This document shows positions 26,642 to 38,879 of a stretch of DNA of 64,000 bases, piece after piece. The DNA comes from Ginglymostoma cirratum (lineage: Eukaryota). The stretch spans positions 51,732,234 to 51,796,233 of the forward strand of contig JAHRHZ010000020.1 of NCBI GenBank assembly GCA_024137785.1. The letters are read 5' to 3'. The notes below the pieces were generated by a model, which worked only from the letters and a program-made list of their open reading frames with translations, did no database searches and had not been told where the DNA came from. The number at the start of each line of letters is the position of its first letter. The stretch's first letter is position 1. The position numbers were made by a program, and so were the translations under genes.

Positions 26642-28699
26642 GCATCTACAACAATCAGGAGCATAAATCCTGACCAGGCCTTCCTCCATAGTTCATGGTC
26701 ACAGTAACAGATCAAGTACCCCTTAGCATCAATGCACCAAACCCAATAAGCTAAATTTTTTCGACAAAACAGGCACGGCAAAATTTGGAAAACATTCAGC
26801 AGAGGTGAAGACAGTTTCAAAATGCATGCATCATCGATCCGGCAATCTTTGATAAGGAGAACGGACCCTTGGAGGTTCTGTCTGGAACACTTAAGTTTTA
26901 TCAAAGCTTTAGGCCTGATTTCGACAAACAAAACACTTGACCTTTTATGAAACATAAGCCTTCTCCAATATTGAGTGATATGAACGACTGAAATTATTCA
27001 ATGTGGGCTTATCCCGTGTTTGTCTCTACTTAACGCACGGCAGGGAGAGTGATCTATTCTATATATAAATACACACTTATTAAAATGTACCTTTTGGAAG
27101 TCAGCCAAATAACACAATAATGAAGAGAGTGGTAGAGACATAACTAAGAGTGCTTTTAAATTTAGACATCATAAACTTCTACACTGAAGTCCTTGCCAGA
27201 GTTATAGACAGTGATTTTCTCCAGAGATGGTAGACATTAAATATGACGGTCACAATGGGATATTGAGCAACAACAGTGGTCGAGCCAGCTTTCACAGCAA
27301 AATGTCAGTTTGACATTAAAGTATGAACAACGAACAGACACCTACAGGATCATTAAGGATTCGATTAATGATTAAACTACCAACTGGTGAGTGTTAAAAG
27401 AGGCACCAGAATATTTTGGTGTCTAGTGCTTCAGCTAATGTCTTGACATAAAGATGACCAGTTGATCAGGTATAAGTCATTGATTGAAGAGTTTGGATGC
27501 TATTTAAAAAGGCACACACAGCTCAAACTATTGACTTGTTGCTAGGGTTTTAAAGACAACTTTTGAGGCACTTTGGGAGACTCTTTGGGCAGTTTGTCAA
27601 GACTGTACCAAGATCACCAACACTTTTACAAGAAATTCACTGAAACCTTCGCCTACTCCACCTCACTAGTCAGTATTCAACTGTAGTAAGCTCGCTACGG
27701 GTCCACTTCCGATGAGGAACGGGAAGGTGAGATAGAGCAGGGCCAGGCAGCATGAAGAGAGGGGGAAGAGGACGGACTGGAGCATGTATGGACTCCGACA
27801 CTCTTCCCTCCGGATCGCCATCATCAGGCCATCTGGTGCTATTTTGAAGTAAGTGCACAACCTCGCCCACTGTCCATGTGCCAATATGAAACATGGCATG
27901 AAGGGTCAGTCAGCATATTCCACCCTTTCAGTGCACGAGGGTGCAAGTGTGGAGACTACATATGCCAGTCCACAAGAATTGATGGAAATCAGTACTTAAC
28001 TGCTGAACCTGCCGGGGTCTTGTTTTAGCACGTCCAAGCCACATTTATATCAGTAAGCAGCAATTAACCCCAAATGGTGTGCTAAAACCGTACTTATTTA
28101 ACACAGAATCCACTTGCTTCAACCTTCCTAAAAAAAAAATCAGAAAATGTCTTGACTTTGTCCATGATTCAAATAAATTGCTGCAAAGGACACAAATCCT
28201 TGGAAGCACAACGAGATAAAAAGTAATTTAAGATTCTATTCTTTTAATATGCATTTATTGTATTGGCAAAATGATTCTATACAGCTTTCATACATCTACT
28301 TTGGGACTTTAGTGAGGTGTAGAGAATTTAGTTGTCAAAACTTAGTTGTTGTAGTTTGTCAAAGGCTGAGCTGATTGGGTGTCAGATCTCATCGATGGGT
28401 GACCTGTTGAGAGGTGGCAGCTAACATATGGGAAGTGCTCAAAGTATTCCAGAGACGGAGAATGCTTTGACCCCAGCTATCTCCATGCCACTATGAAGAT
28501 GACAACCACAGACAGACATGACACGCCATATGGGACAACCGCAGGGCCGTTGCTCACTGCGCATGCAATTTGCGAGCCTTGCTCGGTCTCGTCAATTCTG
28601 CAGACTGGGGGCTCAGACAACATTAATGTTACCAAACCAAAACTCAAAGTAAACCTGGTCGGGGTAAAAATCCCACACTCGGTCAATGTTGAAGGAGAT

Positions 28700-28930
28700 A
28701 CACTGGATTATGCTACACAGTGAAGGATGGTAATAAAGGAAACAGAGCAACCGGTTTGCACACAGCAAAGTCCCAGGAATGTGGCAATGACCAGGCATAT
28801 TGTTTTTGTCATCTTGGTTGAAGAATAAATACTTTCCATCACATCGATGTCGATTCCTCCAATTTAAATCAAAGAAGCATCATAAAACCTTTACCTCCAC
28901 CTCGATTAAACATCTCTACCTCCGAGTCAG
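28700..28930 (-). mobile_element. Old Deu-domain SINE
   Basis: tttgcacacagcaaagtcccagg...aatgaccagg...tggttgaagaataaata. Confidence 0.5.
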
Positions 28931-29339
28931 AAAATTGTACAGTTAAGTGTTGCCAATAGAGATATGGTTGATATTGGTATTAGCGCTCGCATTAGGAGAG
29001 ATTTTAAGATGTGGTAAACCACAATTTTGAAAAAAAAAAACTTAAAGGCATTTGATCAATTTAATTATTCCTACCAACACAAATCATATTCTTTCCCCTT
29101 TCACCCAGTTAATTAAACAGATTTCCTACAGGGTTATTGATGGTAAGTCATGCATTAACGCAAAATAGCAGGCAGTAACAGGACAAGCACTAATCTGCTT
29201 CAAGCTGTGTTTAATATGGGCTAGCTTCTGAAATGAGTTAGACTTGGGCATATATCTTACAAACCAAATTGAGCAGCTGCAGACAGATTCCAGCAACTCA
29301 AACCTTTGGGGCGAGACAATTAACTATTGCGTTGTCTGC

Positions 29340-29550
29340 CCATGGAACTATTCTGAGGCAAAGGAGTTGGCCTCAGTCTCCTGATATTTTGTCCGTCAGC
29401 TAACATCAAAATTCAGCTCACTGCCCATTGTGGGAGCTTCCTGTGCACACACTTTCCTGCATTCCACTTTGAAATTACTTCATTGGCTGTAACGCATCTT
29501 GGGATAACCTAAGGTCACCAAAGGTGCTGGGAAAGTTCAAAGCCTTTTTA
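29340..29550 (+). mobile_element. Old Deu-domain SINE
   Basis: tgtgggagcttcctgtgcac...tacttcattggctgtaacgcatcttggga. Confidence 0.55.
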
Positions 29551-29769
29551 TCTGTGGGTAGTGCCACTTTGAGCAGCAAAGGAATGGTTCTAGATATCTT
29601 CTAAGTAAGCATCACCAGACAGACCAGGAGAACTGGTCTGGTCCAACAAGACAAGGGTGACTTCCTGACTTTTTCTAAGGCTCCAAGAACACAAGCAGAA
29701 AAGGAAACAGCGAAATGACAAATAGCCCTTATCACTGGCCTCTCGATTTAATCTAATCAGCTCAGAAAA

Positions 29770-30170
29770 GAAAAACATTATTTATATAGAATTTCTCATG
29801 ACGACCAGACATCTCGCAGCACTTGAAGCTCTACTTGAAGGCTCATCATTGTTAAAATTTAGGATTTATTTAATGCCTTTCACAATTTCAACAAAGCCGA
29901 AAGCAAACCAAATCAACTCTGCCCAACATCGCACGTTTGCGCAAATTACAACGACTGGATAATATTTTTTAATAGTGTTGATTGAGGGAGGGACGTTAGT
30001 TGGAGAATACGGCACCAATTCTGCTTTTTTTTGAACTCTCGTGTTGGATCTCACCCAGTCACCTGAGACAGCAGATGGAATGTCAGTTTAATGTCTTATC
30101 CAAAAGACTGCATGCCTAAGAGCACAGTATTCCCCCTGTACTCTGCTGGAGTAACAGCCTAGATTTTATG
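29770..30170 (-). mobile_element. Old Deu-domain SINE
   Basis: gtgttgattgagggagg...tcacctgagacagcagatgg...gtttaatgtcttatccaaaagac...agcctagatttt. Confidence 0.5.
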
Positions 30171-30324
30171 AGCACGCTCAAGGATCGCACTGGTAAATAA
30201 AAATGAGCTCAAGCAATGCTTGGAGATTGTCTGCATCCTATTTAGAGCTCTTAAATGCGAGGACAATTAATAAATGGCTGACAAAGCCAGACTAGAGGTC
30301 AGCAAAGTTATAGATATTTTAAAC

Positions 30325-30405
30325 CCACCAGAGCAGACATGCCACTGGAGCAGATGGGACTTGAACCCAGAGGTAGGGACAGTAGCATTGTGCCACAAGA
30401 GCCCT
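30325..30405 (-). mobile_element. tRNA-derived SINE head (second family; related copy at ~33275-33358)
   Basis: Minus strand agggctcttgtggcacaatgc...gggttcaagtccca, with A- and B-box-like motifs. Confidence 0.55.
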
Positions 30406-30413
30406 AAAAACAA

Positions 30414-30637
30414 GAGATAACAAGCATGGGGCTGGATGAACACAGCAGGTCAAGCAGCATAACCTGACGTTTCAGGCCTAAACCCTTCATCAGAAATGGA
30501 AAATTAAAATTTCTGATGGAGGGTTTAGGCCCGAAACGTCAGGTTATGCTGCTTGACCTGCTGTGTTCATCCAGCCCCATGCTTGTTATCTCGGATTATC
30601 CAGCATCTGCAGTACCTTTCATCTCTGATACAATTTC
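30414..30637. mobile_element. Palindromic head-to-head hammerhead-type element with 15-bp TSD
   Basis: 84-nt arms at 30414-30497 and 30509-30592 (2 mismatches). Flanking direct repeat agccctaaaaacaag at 30400-30414 and 30638-30652. Confidence 0.9.
30466..30493 (-). ncRNA. Minimal hammerhead ribozyme motif in the left arm of a palindrome
   Basis: Minus strand reads CTGATGA-A-GGGTTTAGGCCT-GAAAC-GTC. The mirror copy at 30513-30540 (+) reads CTGATGG-A-GGGTTTAGGCCC-GAAACGTC. Confidence 0.65.
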
Positions 30638-31064
30638 AGCCCTAAAAACAAGCCAGCTTTCACTTCTAAATGATATTGACTGGGCACTAATCCTGGATAA
30701 TGGTGTTCATAGTGAACAGGTGTCCAGTTATATACAAAAAGGGAGCTTTAATGTTCCCAGTAAAGCTCGAAGCAACAAGTCACCTTCAAAACCATCTATC
30801 TGCATTTCATTAAGTTTGGCACCAAGGCGCTTCGTCTGCGGTACATGACACTGCCAGACCTAGACCATTTCCCTACAGAAAACAATCATTAAAGTCACAA
30901 CCACAGTATAAATATTATGACTTTTACTGAAGGTAACTGAAATGATGAGGGATTTTTAAAAAAAAAAACATAAAATGGGAACTGGTCAAGGTAGCAACTT
31001 CACTGACAGAGTTCACATTTCAGATGCAGCAAGAAAAAGAGAATTAATGTGTCAGAGCTAATGA

Positions 31065-31190
31065 TTAAAGGCCACAGACCCGAAGTACTGATTCTGCTTT
31101 CCTCTGCTCATCAGAGCTGCCGCACCTGCTGACCATTTCCAGCATTTGTTGTTTTTATTCCAGATTTCCAGCAGCCGTAACATTTTGTTT
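31065..31190 (+). mobile_element. Short hammerhead-type element, subfamily B-like, old
   Basis: gacccgaagtactg...gctgccgcacctgctgaccatttccagcatttgttgtttttattccagatttccagca. Confidence 0.6.
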
Positions 31191-33976
31191 CGGTAACAGG
31201 GGAACAGTTGCCTGCCCACAAGAAATTTTGGTGCTGAGCAAGGTGATCTCAGAATCTCAGAAGCACCTCCCCACCTCCTGAGAGCACCACAGGATGAAAC
31301 TGCAGAAGTAAACACAGCATTGTAGGGATGTAGATGCATTCACATGTCCTGACAATCTGTACTAGGCAGGAATCTCCCTCCAGTCGTTTTATGCAACATG
31401 CACTAACTTAACCAGGTCATGCTTTCCTACTGCTGGTGGGTTCCCTTCCAGGATGCATTTGATTTTCTCAACCCAAAAAGAAACCGAAATAATTTCTACA
31501 GTGAGACCAGATAATATTACAGTGTCCAGAGCTTAACACATTTCCTTCTGTCACTGAAGGGCAAGCTAAAAAGCAATGAATTAGGACGCACTCCAATGCT
31601 TCTCCCACTATAGACCAAAAGAAGTCCAAGGTTGATATTAATTAAGTGCTCGCTCTCTGCATTAGATTGTTAAATCATTCCTGTTCCAACATTCTATCAG
31701 GTTGAGTATCACATCTAATAACTCAATTAAACAGCGGGTTGGAGAAAAGTACAGTTTGCTCATTGCAGCTTCTGGTCCATGAACTTGACTACATTGCAAT
31801 GTAATGTGATTCAACTCACCCCAACCTTTCTCCTTTGATTACCGGTGTTTGGTGGATGAATCAAAATTGTTGTTTTAACCCTCCCCCAATACCTATCCCA
31901 CGTGTACTTCTCAACCATTTTCCTATTGTTTATCTTGATTAGCATGCCTTCTAATGTGCAGACATCACTTGGAGACCAGTGTTACCACACCTGGGTTATC
32001 CTCGACTCTCCAAGATGTCGGACTTGATTCCTCATGTGTCCTTTACTGCTGAAGGACAAAGCAAACTCAAACCCATATTCAAGCTTCTTCATGTTGCCAA
32101 GTCCCAAGTAAAGTTAAACAGAAGTAACCTTTCTCCCCCTCCAACTCGTAAATCAGAGAGGGCAGGAAGTTAAGGCAAATTCCTTATTCTCTTCTTCAAA
32201 TTGTGCTCTGGAATCTTTTATGGTGATCTAAGAACGGCAGGTGATATTAACTGTAAATTAATTGTGTTTAGCTGTATGTAGATGGTGGGGATTAACAGGG
32301 AATTCACCTGAGCCCCGATCTATAGAATGCTCAGAATAAAAACGCAATACTTGGGTTAAGAGCCATATGCTCGCAGTGCCTAACTCTAAATAAACGTAGA
32401 AGGGAATAAGTGTTGCCTCTGATGCACTCCATCACCAACTAACTTTCCTGAGGAGGTGGAGGTACAGGAAGGTGGATTAAGGTCACAACCAGACCAGCTA
32501 CGATCTCACCAAACAGCAGAGCAAGCTAGACAGATTGGTTGTCTTGCTCCTGTTTCTCGTGATCTTTTAGTAATACATGGTAGCAGAGAACGACTGCCTG
32601 AAAGATGAAAATTGAAAGTTCAGAAATAAAACTTTTAGACTGGAAACTATTATCTTAACAGTCATTGTGAAAAACGACAGGAAGCAGGTATAAGCTATTG
32701 GCCTATGATGACAGTCCAATGCTCCCAGACTTTCAAACACATGGTCAATGGAAGAACAAAGTGGATTTGTGGACAGGGTTACCAAAAAAAAGTAACACAA
32801 GTTGTGACCTTGGCACTGTTCCTTCCTTTAAGCAGTGAAATCAGAAGGAAAGCATTTCATGAGCTCAATTTCTGTCAGTTGAATAGTGAGGAAGGATTAG
32901 GCTGTCATGCAGAGTTCTTGTGTGAAATTTACAAAGAGGACGTCCAAGAGGCATCTAAGAGGCATGGAAAGACTTCTGCCTGAACTGATATTTTTCAGAA
33001 AGCATAGGAATGTATCCAATTCACCAAGTGGAAAAAGAAGGGCCCATCGCAATAGCAGGCGTTCTAGGTGGCAGAAGGAGACGGGGATGATTTTACAAGG
33101 TGAGACCAGCTATCTGAATTGCCCACAATGTTCCAGAATCTAATTGTGGTTTAAGTGATACCATTGTAATTAGTGACTATGGTACTGGTAAATAGTTGGT
33201 GTTCTGATAAACAATGATTCCAGACAATGTGACAGGTAGCAAATTAGAAAGCAAGGGACTGTCAATATATTTTTTCTGAGTCAACATCCCAGGTGGGACT
33301 TGAACCTATGCCTTCAGGCTCAGATTCAGGGACATCACCATTGTGCCATAAGGGTCCTACGTTGGCTGTAAACTTAGAGTCAAGGTTAAAATACCTATAG
33401 TCAAACTCAGAGCAGTGGTGCTCAATGGGCGTTGGTATTGGGACCACCTATTCACAATTTAACACATAAACAATTTGTAGTGGGGAATTTAAAGCACAAT
33501 TTCCATATTTGCATTTGACAAAATTGGCAGTACAATCAATCCGAAAGAATACTGCAAAAAAATTGCAAAAGCGTATGAACAAACTCACTGAAAGGTCATG
33601 CCACTGGCAAATATAGGTCAGCTTGTTGAGGTGCATTATGATGGAGGGCTGAGCTAATCCTCTTTAGAAAACTAAAAGTCCAAATAGGTTGAGAAGCTGA
33701 GGGATCGAAGAGTATTAGTTTCACAATTCATGAAAAGTAGCATCATGGTTTAATATTAACATTTCAAAATGCAACAAAAATATTAGGCTTCACTTCTGGA
33801 GAAAAAGCACTGAACACCAGAAAAATCTTACAAAAAAAAACCATGATCACTTGATGCTTGTTGGGCCATGAACAATTTTGGTATCCACATTACAGGAAGA
33901 ACGTAGGGGCACTGGAGATCATGAAGAAAGAACAAATACTTGGGTGATACCGGAATTCAGAAGATACAACTCTCAC

Positions 33977-34096
33977 GTAGGTGGGTTAGCCATGGTAAAA
34001 AGCCCATGCAGGGTTACGGGAGCTGGATGTTCTGGGTGGAGGATCAGTGCATGATCGATGAGCCGATGGCCTCTTTCTGCTCTGTATGGATTCTAA
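33977..34096 (+). mobile_element. HE1-like V-SINE 3' fragment
   Basis: gtaggtgggttagccatggtaaa...gatggcctctttctgctctgtatggattcta. Confidence 0.65.
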
Positions 34097-34099
34097 GAA

Positions 34100-34485
34100 C
34101 AGTCCCAGTGGAATACAGACAAGCAAAAGGAGACGAATACAGGTTGGCATCCTGCTGGAGGTAGCGGAAATAGGCAGCTAATGATCCTGTGGAGGGTAAC
34201 AGGGTGATAGGTGAGGACAAGGGGGTCAACTGTTGCTGCTGTGGGAGGGAAGAGAGGGGTGAGAGCCGAAGTGCAGGAACTGGGTTCCTGTCAACCAGGG
34301 TGGTGGGGAATCCTCGGTTGAGAAAGAAGGTGGACATGTTGGTGGCCCCCTTGTCCAAGGTGGCATTGTTAGGACAGATGCAATGGAAGTGGAGGAACTG
34401 GCCAAATGGAAGAGAGTCTTTTTAGGAAGCAGAGTGTAAGGATGTATCATAAGGTAAGTTTGGGAATCGGGAGTAGTCACTAATA
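34100..34485 (-). mobile_element. Penelope-like internal fragment
   Basis: DKGATNMSTFFLNRGFPTTLVDR; the DNA is reverse-complement similar to ~1980-2210. Confidence 0.75.
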
Positions 34486-34647
34486 ACTTGACCAAAGAAG
34501 CAGCAATGAGGAGCCCAGGCCAAACAACAAAGATGAAGAAGTATTTGCATTTATCTTCAGCTATAAATATCGAGAGGATGATCCACCTCAAGCATTGACA
34601 ATCTGCATCTTCAGCCAATTCGAATCGCACCACGTGATATCAAGAAA

Positions 34648-34983
34648 TAGAACACAGAACATAGAACAGTACAGCACAGTACAGGCCCTCGATGTCGTAC
34701 CAAACTTTTACCCTAAACCTAAGGTCTATCTAACCTCCACCCCTACCTTACACTATCATCAATATGCCTATCTAATGGCCGCTTAAATGCCCCTAACGAG
34801 GCCAACTTCACTACCGTCTCCAGCAATGCATTCCACATCCCGACCACTCTGAGTAAAGAACCTACGTCTGACGTCTCCCCTATATCTACCTCCACTCACT
34901 TTAAAACTATGTCCCCTCGTAATAGCTACCTCCACCCTAGGAAAAAGTCTCTGACTGTCCACTCTATCTATACCTCTGATCAT
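34648..34983 (-). mobile_element. Well-preserved CR1/HER1-like 3' end
   Basis: MIRGIDRVDSQRLFPRVEVAITRGHSFKVSGGRYRGDVRRRFFTQ; short-repeat tail agaacacagaacatagaacag. Confidence 0.85.
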
Positions 34984-35505
34984 GGCTGAACAGTGGGCAT
35001 GGTAAAAGGTGTCGCCTCCAGCAACATTACAGAAATAGTACTGAAGATGTGTTCTCCAGAACTAGCTGCATCTTGAGCCAAGATGACCCACTGAAGCTGC
35101 AACGCTGGCATCTGTCCAACAACATGAAAAATCACCCAGCTACGTCCTGTTGACAAAAACCAGGACAAACTCCATCTGGCCAATTACTAACCTACCAACC
35201 ACACTCAACCAGCAGAATGATAGAAGCTGTCTTCAACAATGCAATTATTTCACGCTGACACTGCGATAATCTGCTCACTGATGTTCAGTTTGGCTTTCAC
35301 CAGGATTCATCATTTCCAGGCTTCATTATGGCTTTGGTCAAAACATGGGCTAAGGGGTTGAATTCCAAGATGAAGAGAGAGTGGCTGCTTTAGATGTCAA
35401 GGCAGAAGTTGACTGAGCACGGCATCAAAGAATCCCAGAAAAACGGAGATCTTTGGGAACTGGGTGAAAAAAAAATTTCATTGGTTGGAGTCACGTTCAG
35501 CACAA
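34984..35505 (+). mobile_element. Degenerate LINE RT fragment
   Basis: gtactgaagatgtgttctccagaactagc...cagtttggctttcaccagg...gctttagatgtcaaggcag (QFGF and ALDVKA remnants). Confidence 0.7.
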
Positions 35506-36134
35506 ACTCCACTATTGTGCAATTTCTCTTTGCGTCATTTGCAAACAAATGACCTTTGAAGAACTTAAACTGTGGTGCACTTTCCCAACCGTAGCCTACG
35601 TCCAGCAATGTCCAATCTGAATTATAATAAAATCTAATTTATAACCAAGGCAGCATGAAACTTTTGACATCTAATAAGTATTATAAATACTGACCACTTT
35701 TAAATAAAGGGAGCAACATACAGTATTGGATGGAGTACATTTTGAACAATGAACAATATATTTCAATAAATATTATGAAAAGTAATTTTTTGAAACCAAA
35801 GTGTCTGTTCGGTCAATTCTGCACAAGTTGTTAGATGTAGCCAGCTGCAAGTGAGGTCAGTGTAAATACGGAGGACTGTATATTAGGCCTGCCATTAGAT
35901 ATTTACAATTTAAAATTCCAGGCATGTTAAACTCCTAAAGGATCGGCCAGATCATCTGTTATATCAACTGTACAACATTACTGCAAACATCTGAGAGATT
36001 CCATGTGATTCATCTGAAATATACATGGTGCCAGACAGTTTCTCAGAAATCTTCACATTGTGCAGAAATAATAAATGATGAGTTAAAAGACCAAAGCTAT
36101 AAACAAGGCATACCAAAATCCCTTCCAAACTTAC

Positions 36135-36224
36135 CAGATTGGGTCTGCCGCCAATAATGTTAAATCCAAGAGTGTCATTTTCTCGATGTAGCACTATAGT
36201 TAACGATTTTGTTTCACCTTTTTC
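36135..36224 (-). CDS. PDZRN4: PDZRN4-like coding exon 2 (start of PDZ1)
   Basis: Encodes [30 protein letters not shown] (90 nt) with the GLGF-type loop LGFNIIGG. Acceptor ttttccttccgaaaag|GAA, donor CTG|GTAAGT, phase 0/0. Confidence 0.9.
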
Positions 36225-36439
36225 CTTTTCGGAAGGAAAACAGGAAATTAGAAATGTTGAAAATAAAAACACAAGCTGTAAATATCTCACACTGGTCAAA
36301 AGCATCGTAACAGCGTAAAGTATTTTTGTGGGAGTTAGATCAGGCTGCCTGTCTCATTTCTCCACTTTTGCCAGTGGATTGATTAAAAAAGTGTTTCACC
36401 CTCATTACTGCACTAATAAGCCTTGGTTCAGGGAGCGGT

Positions 36440-36792
36440 GTCTCATCTTTAAGTCAGAAACTGAGAAGTTCAGATACCATTCCCAACAATTTAACATAAC
36501 GTCCAGGTTGCCGGTATTGCTCTGCAGTGTCAGAATGTAGCAATATCAGAAGTGACATTCTTCAGTTGAGACATTAAACCACTATTTTCAACGACAGGGA
36601 AGTTTACTCCGGTGAACCAGTCGATATCCAATATTACTGAAACAGATAATCCCATCTCAATTATTTATTTGATTGATATCTGCATGAATCGTCTGCTGAA
36701 TTTCCTAAATTACAACAGCGGCTATACTTGAAATTGACTAAAATCCTTTGCTATGTCCTAAAGTTGCTACGTGAACGCAGCTCATTTCTTGT
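36440..36792 (+). mobile_element. Old Deu-domain SINE
   Basis: ttcagttgagacattaaacc...aaacagataatc...tttcctaaattacaacagcggctatacttgaa. Confidence 0.5.
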
Positions 36793-38879
36793 CTACGAAA
36801 GAGTTTCGTAGCATTCCAAAAATTGTCATTTACCACCTGCACCCACGAACAGCAGCTTAACTTAAAATAGTTACTGCAAGGATTTTAATGGTGACACACG
36901 ACAAAGGTCAATGTTTCTTCTGGCTCTTTGTAATCAGAGGCCTAACTGAACAAGCATCAGTAGCCTAAAAAGTAATGCTGGCCTCCCAAAAAGACAAGCC
37001 TTGTTTCGGTCTTAAGTCTGTACCTTGTTGCACATAGGGTGATCAGTCCAGCACTGGTACATCAGGCAAAATTGGAAAATTTGGAATCGCATCACTTAAC
37101 CCACAACCAGCATCCACAAGCCTTCTGGGGAAAGGTTATTTCCTGATTTCCAACACCCTCTTTTCCTTTGGATTTTGGGATTGTGGTGTGGGGAGGTGCC
37201 AGCAAGTGGAAATGGATCTACAGCATGAACCACACCCACCTGGCCCTGTCTGAATGTTGCAAGGAAAGTCTTAAAAAACAAATAAATTCAGTATTTGGGT
37301 ACAGTTTTCAGCATCTCATTTTACCCAACTTAATGCCAAAGGCATGTATTAAGTCAATGGAAAGTACAACTCAATGTTATGATAAGAGTTTAACGCCTAT
37401 TAAACCCTGTCATTGTACATTCAGTGCAACTCATTGCAAAATATCATTCAGCTAACAATCTGACCACAGCGTCAGTCGTTAAGAAAACACCATTTAAAAG
37501 AAAGAACGCAGCTCTTGTTGCTTCCCCACCCTACTCTGACTGGGGGACCATTGTCAGTTTGACAAGTGGTTCCAATGGTGGAAATACTGCAGTCAGTTCC
37601 TGCAGATGTTCACAAACCTCCCAGCAGCTTTGCTGTCCTTATTCCTATTTTAACTTTCCTCAAACTGATGATCACCTTCAAAATTAACAGTGACTGAGGA
37701 GAAGAAAAAAAATTGTCATCCAACAGCCTGCAAGCAGAATTGACACTTTCGAAGACTGAAAAAGTTAACAGACTGTTTACGTCCAGCTGAAAGTCAGAAC
37801 GGGTGAGGCGATAGTTACAGCAAGACTGCTTATAATAAGCGCACAAGGAATCCAAACTCTACACCGCAGCACACACTCGTGTTCATCTCTCCGCCTTGTG
37901 AAATGCTAGACCTTTGTGTAATTGTGAGCCCGAAGGGTAAATGAATCGGAAAACATCCCAACCAAATTTGTACTTCTATAAAATACACAACTGTAAATAC
38001 AACTCAAACAAACAATAGTTCAAACATTGCAAACTGCAGCCCAGGGCAGAACTCTCAGCACTAAATGAAAGGTTTGGCAACTACACAATAGATTGTTGAA
38101 GGGTCTCCTTGTAATCCTCGATTCCAAATCTTAAATCACTGCAGGGTTCCCACAAGCAGCTGTATTTAGAATGTGAGTTAAACATGAGGGCACCCCGTTC
38201 CTTCACACACCACAGATAAACTCTGCCTGGGTGAAGAAGAATTTCCAAGATCAGGTGACGGGATTACAGGATATTTTCAACTCATCAAGCAACTGGGCTT
38301 TGCACTTCTTTAAAATTCTGTGTGTTCCAATCATCTCTAATCGGAATGAGTGGAAATGTTACACACAAAATTAGAGACAGACGTTTCTGACACTTTAAAT
38401 GTTAATTTTTGTTTTCATTTACAATTTATATTTTTTAATGGACCCCAGTATTGCTTTTCGTTCAATTTCAAAAAGAAAAGAAAGAATGTCCAAACCAAAG
38501 TTCACAGGCTTTCAATAACTCGTCTTCCCTTCAGTTAATGCTCCAAAGGAAGATAAAACCAAATAGTCAAATCCGAGTCCAACTTCAGTTTTAAAAACAA
38601 ATTACAGATACATGTAATCACCCTCACCCTCCGTCCAGCTTCTTGGAATTTCCAGTTAATTCATTCCTATCATTTTTATCACCCCCATTTCATTCCCAGT
38701 GGACACTGACAAACATTGCTTTCACTAGCACATCTGTAACTGAATGACTGACCAAGTTATCGACTGCAAATGATAGCTGGATACAGTAATGAAATTAGCA
38801 TGCAAGAGGCGATTACTCAGGTAATGGGTAAACACAGACGCAAGAACACAACAAGACAGAGAAGCTGCCAACTCAACTC

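Noticed and set aside
35964-36305. 113-aa ORF as a stand-alone gene
   Set aside because: Only 36135-36224 is exon; the flanks are a polypyrimidine tract and intron.
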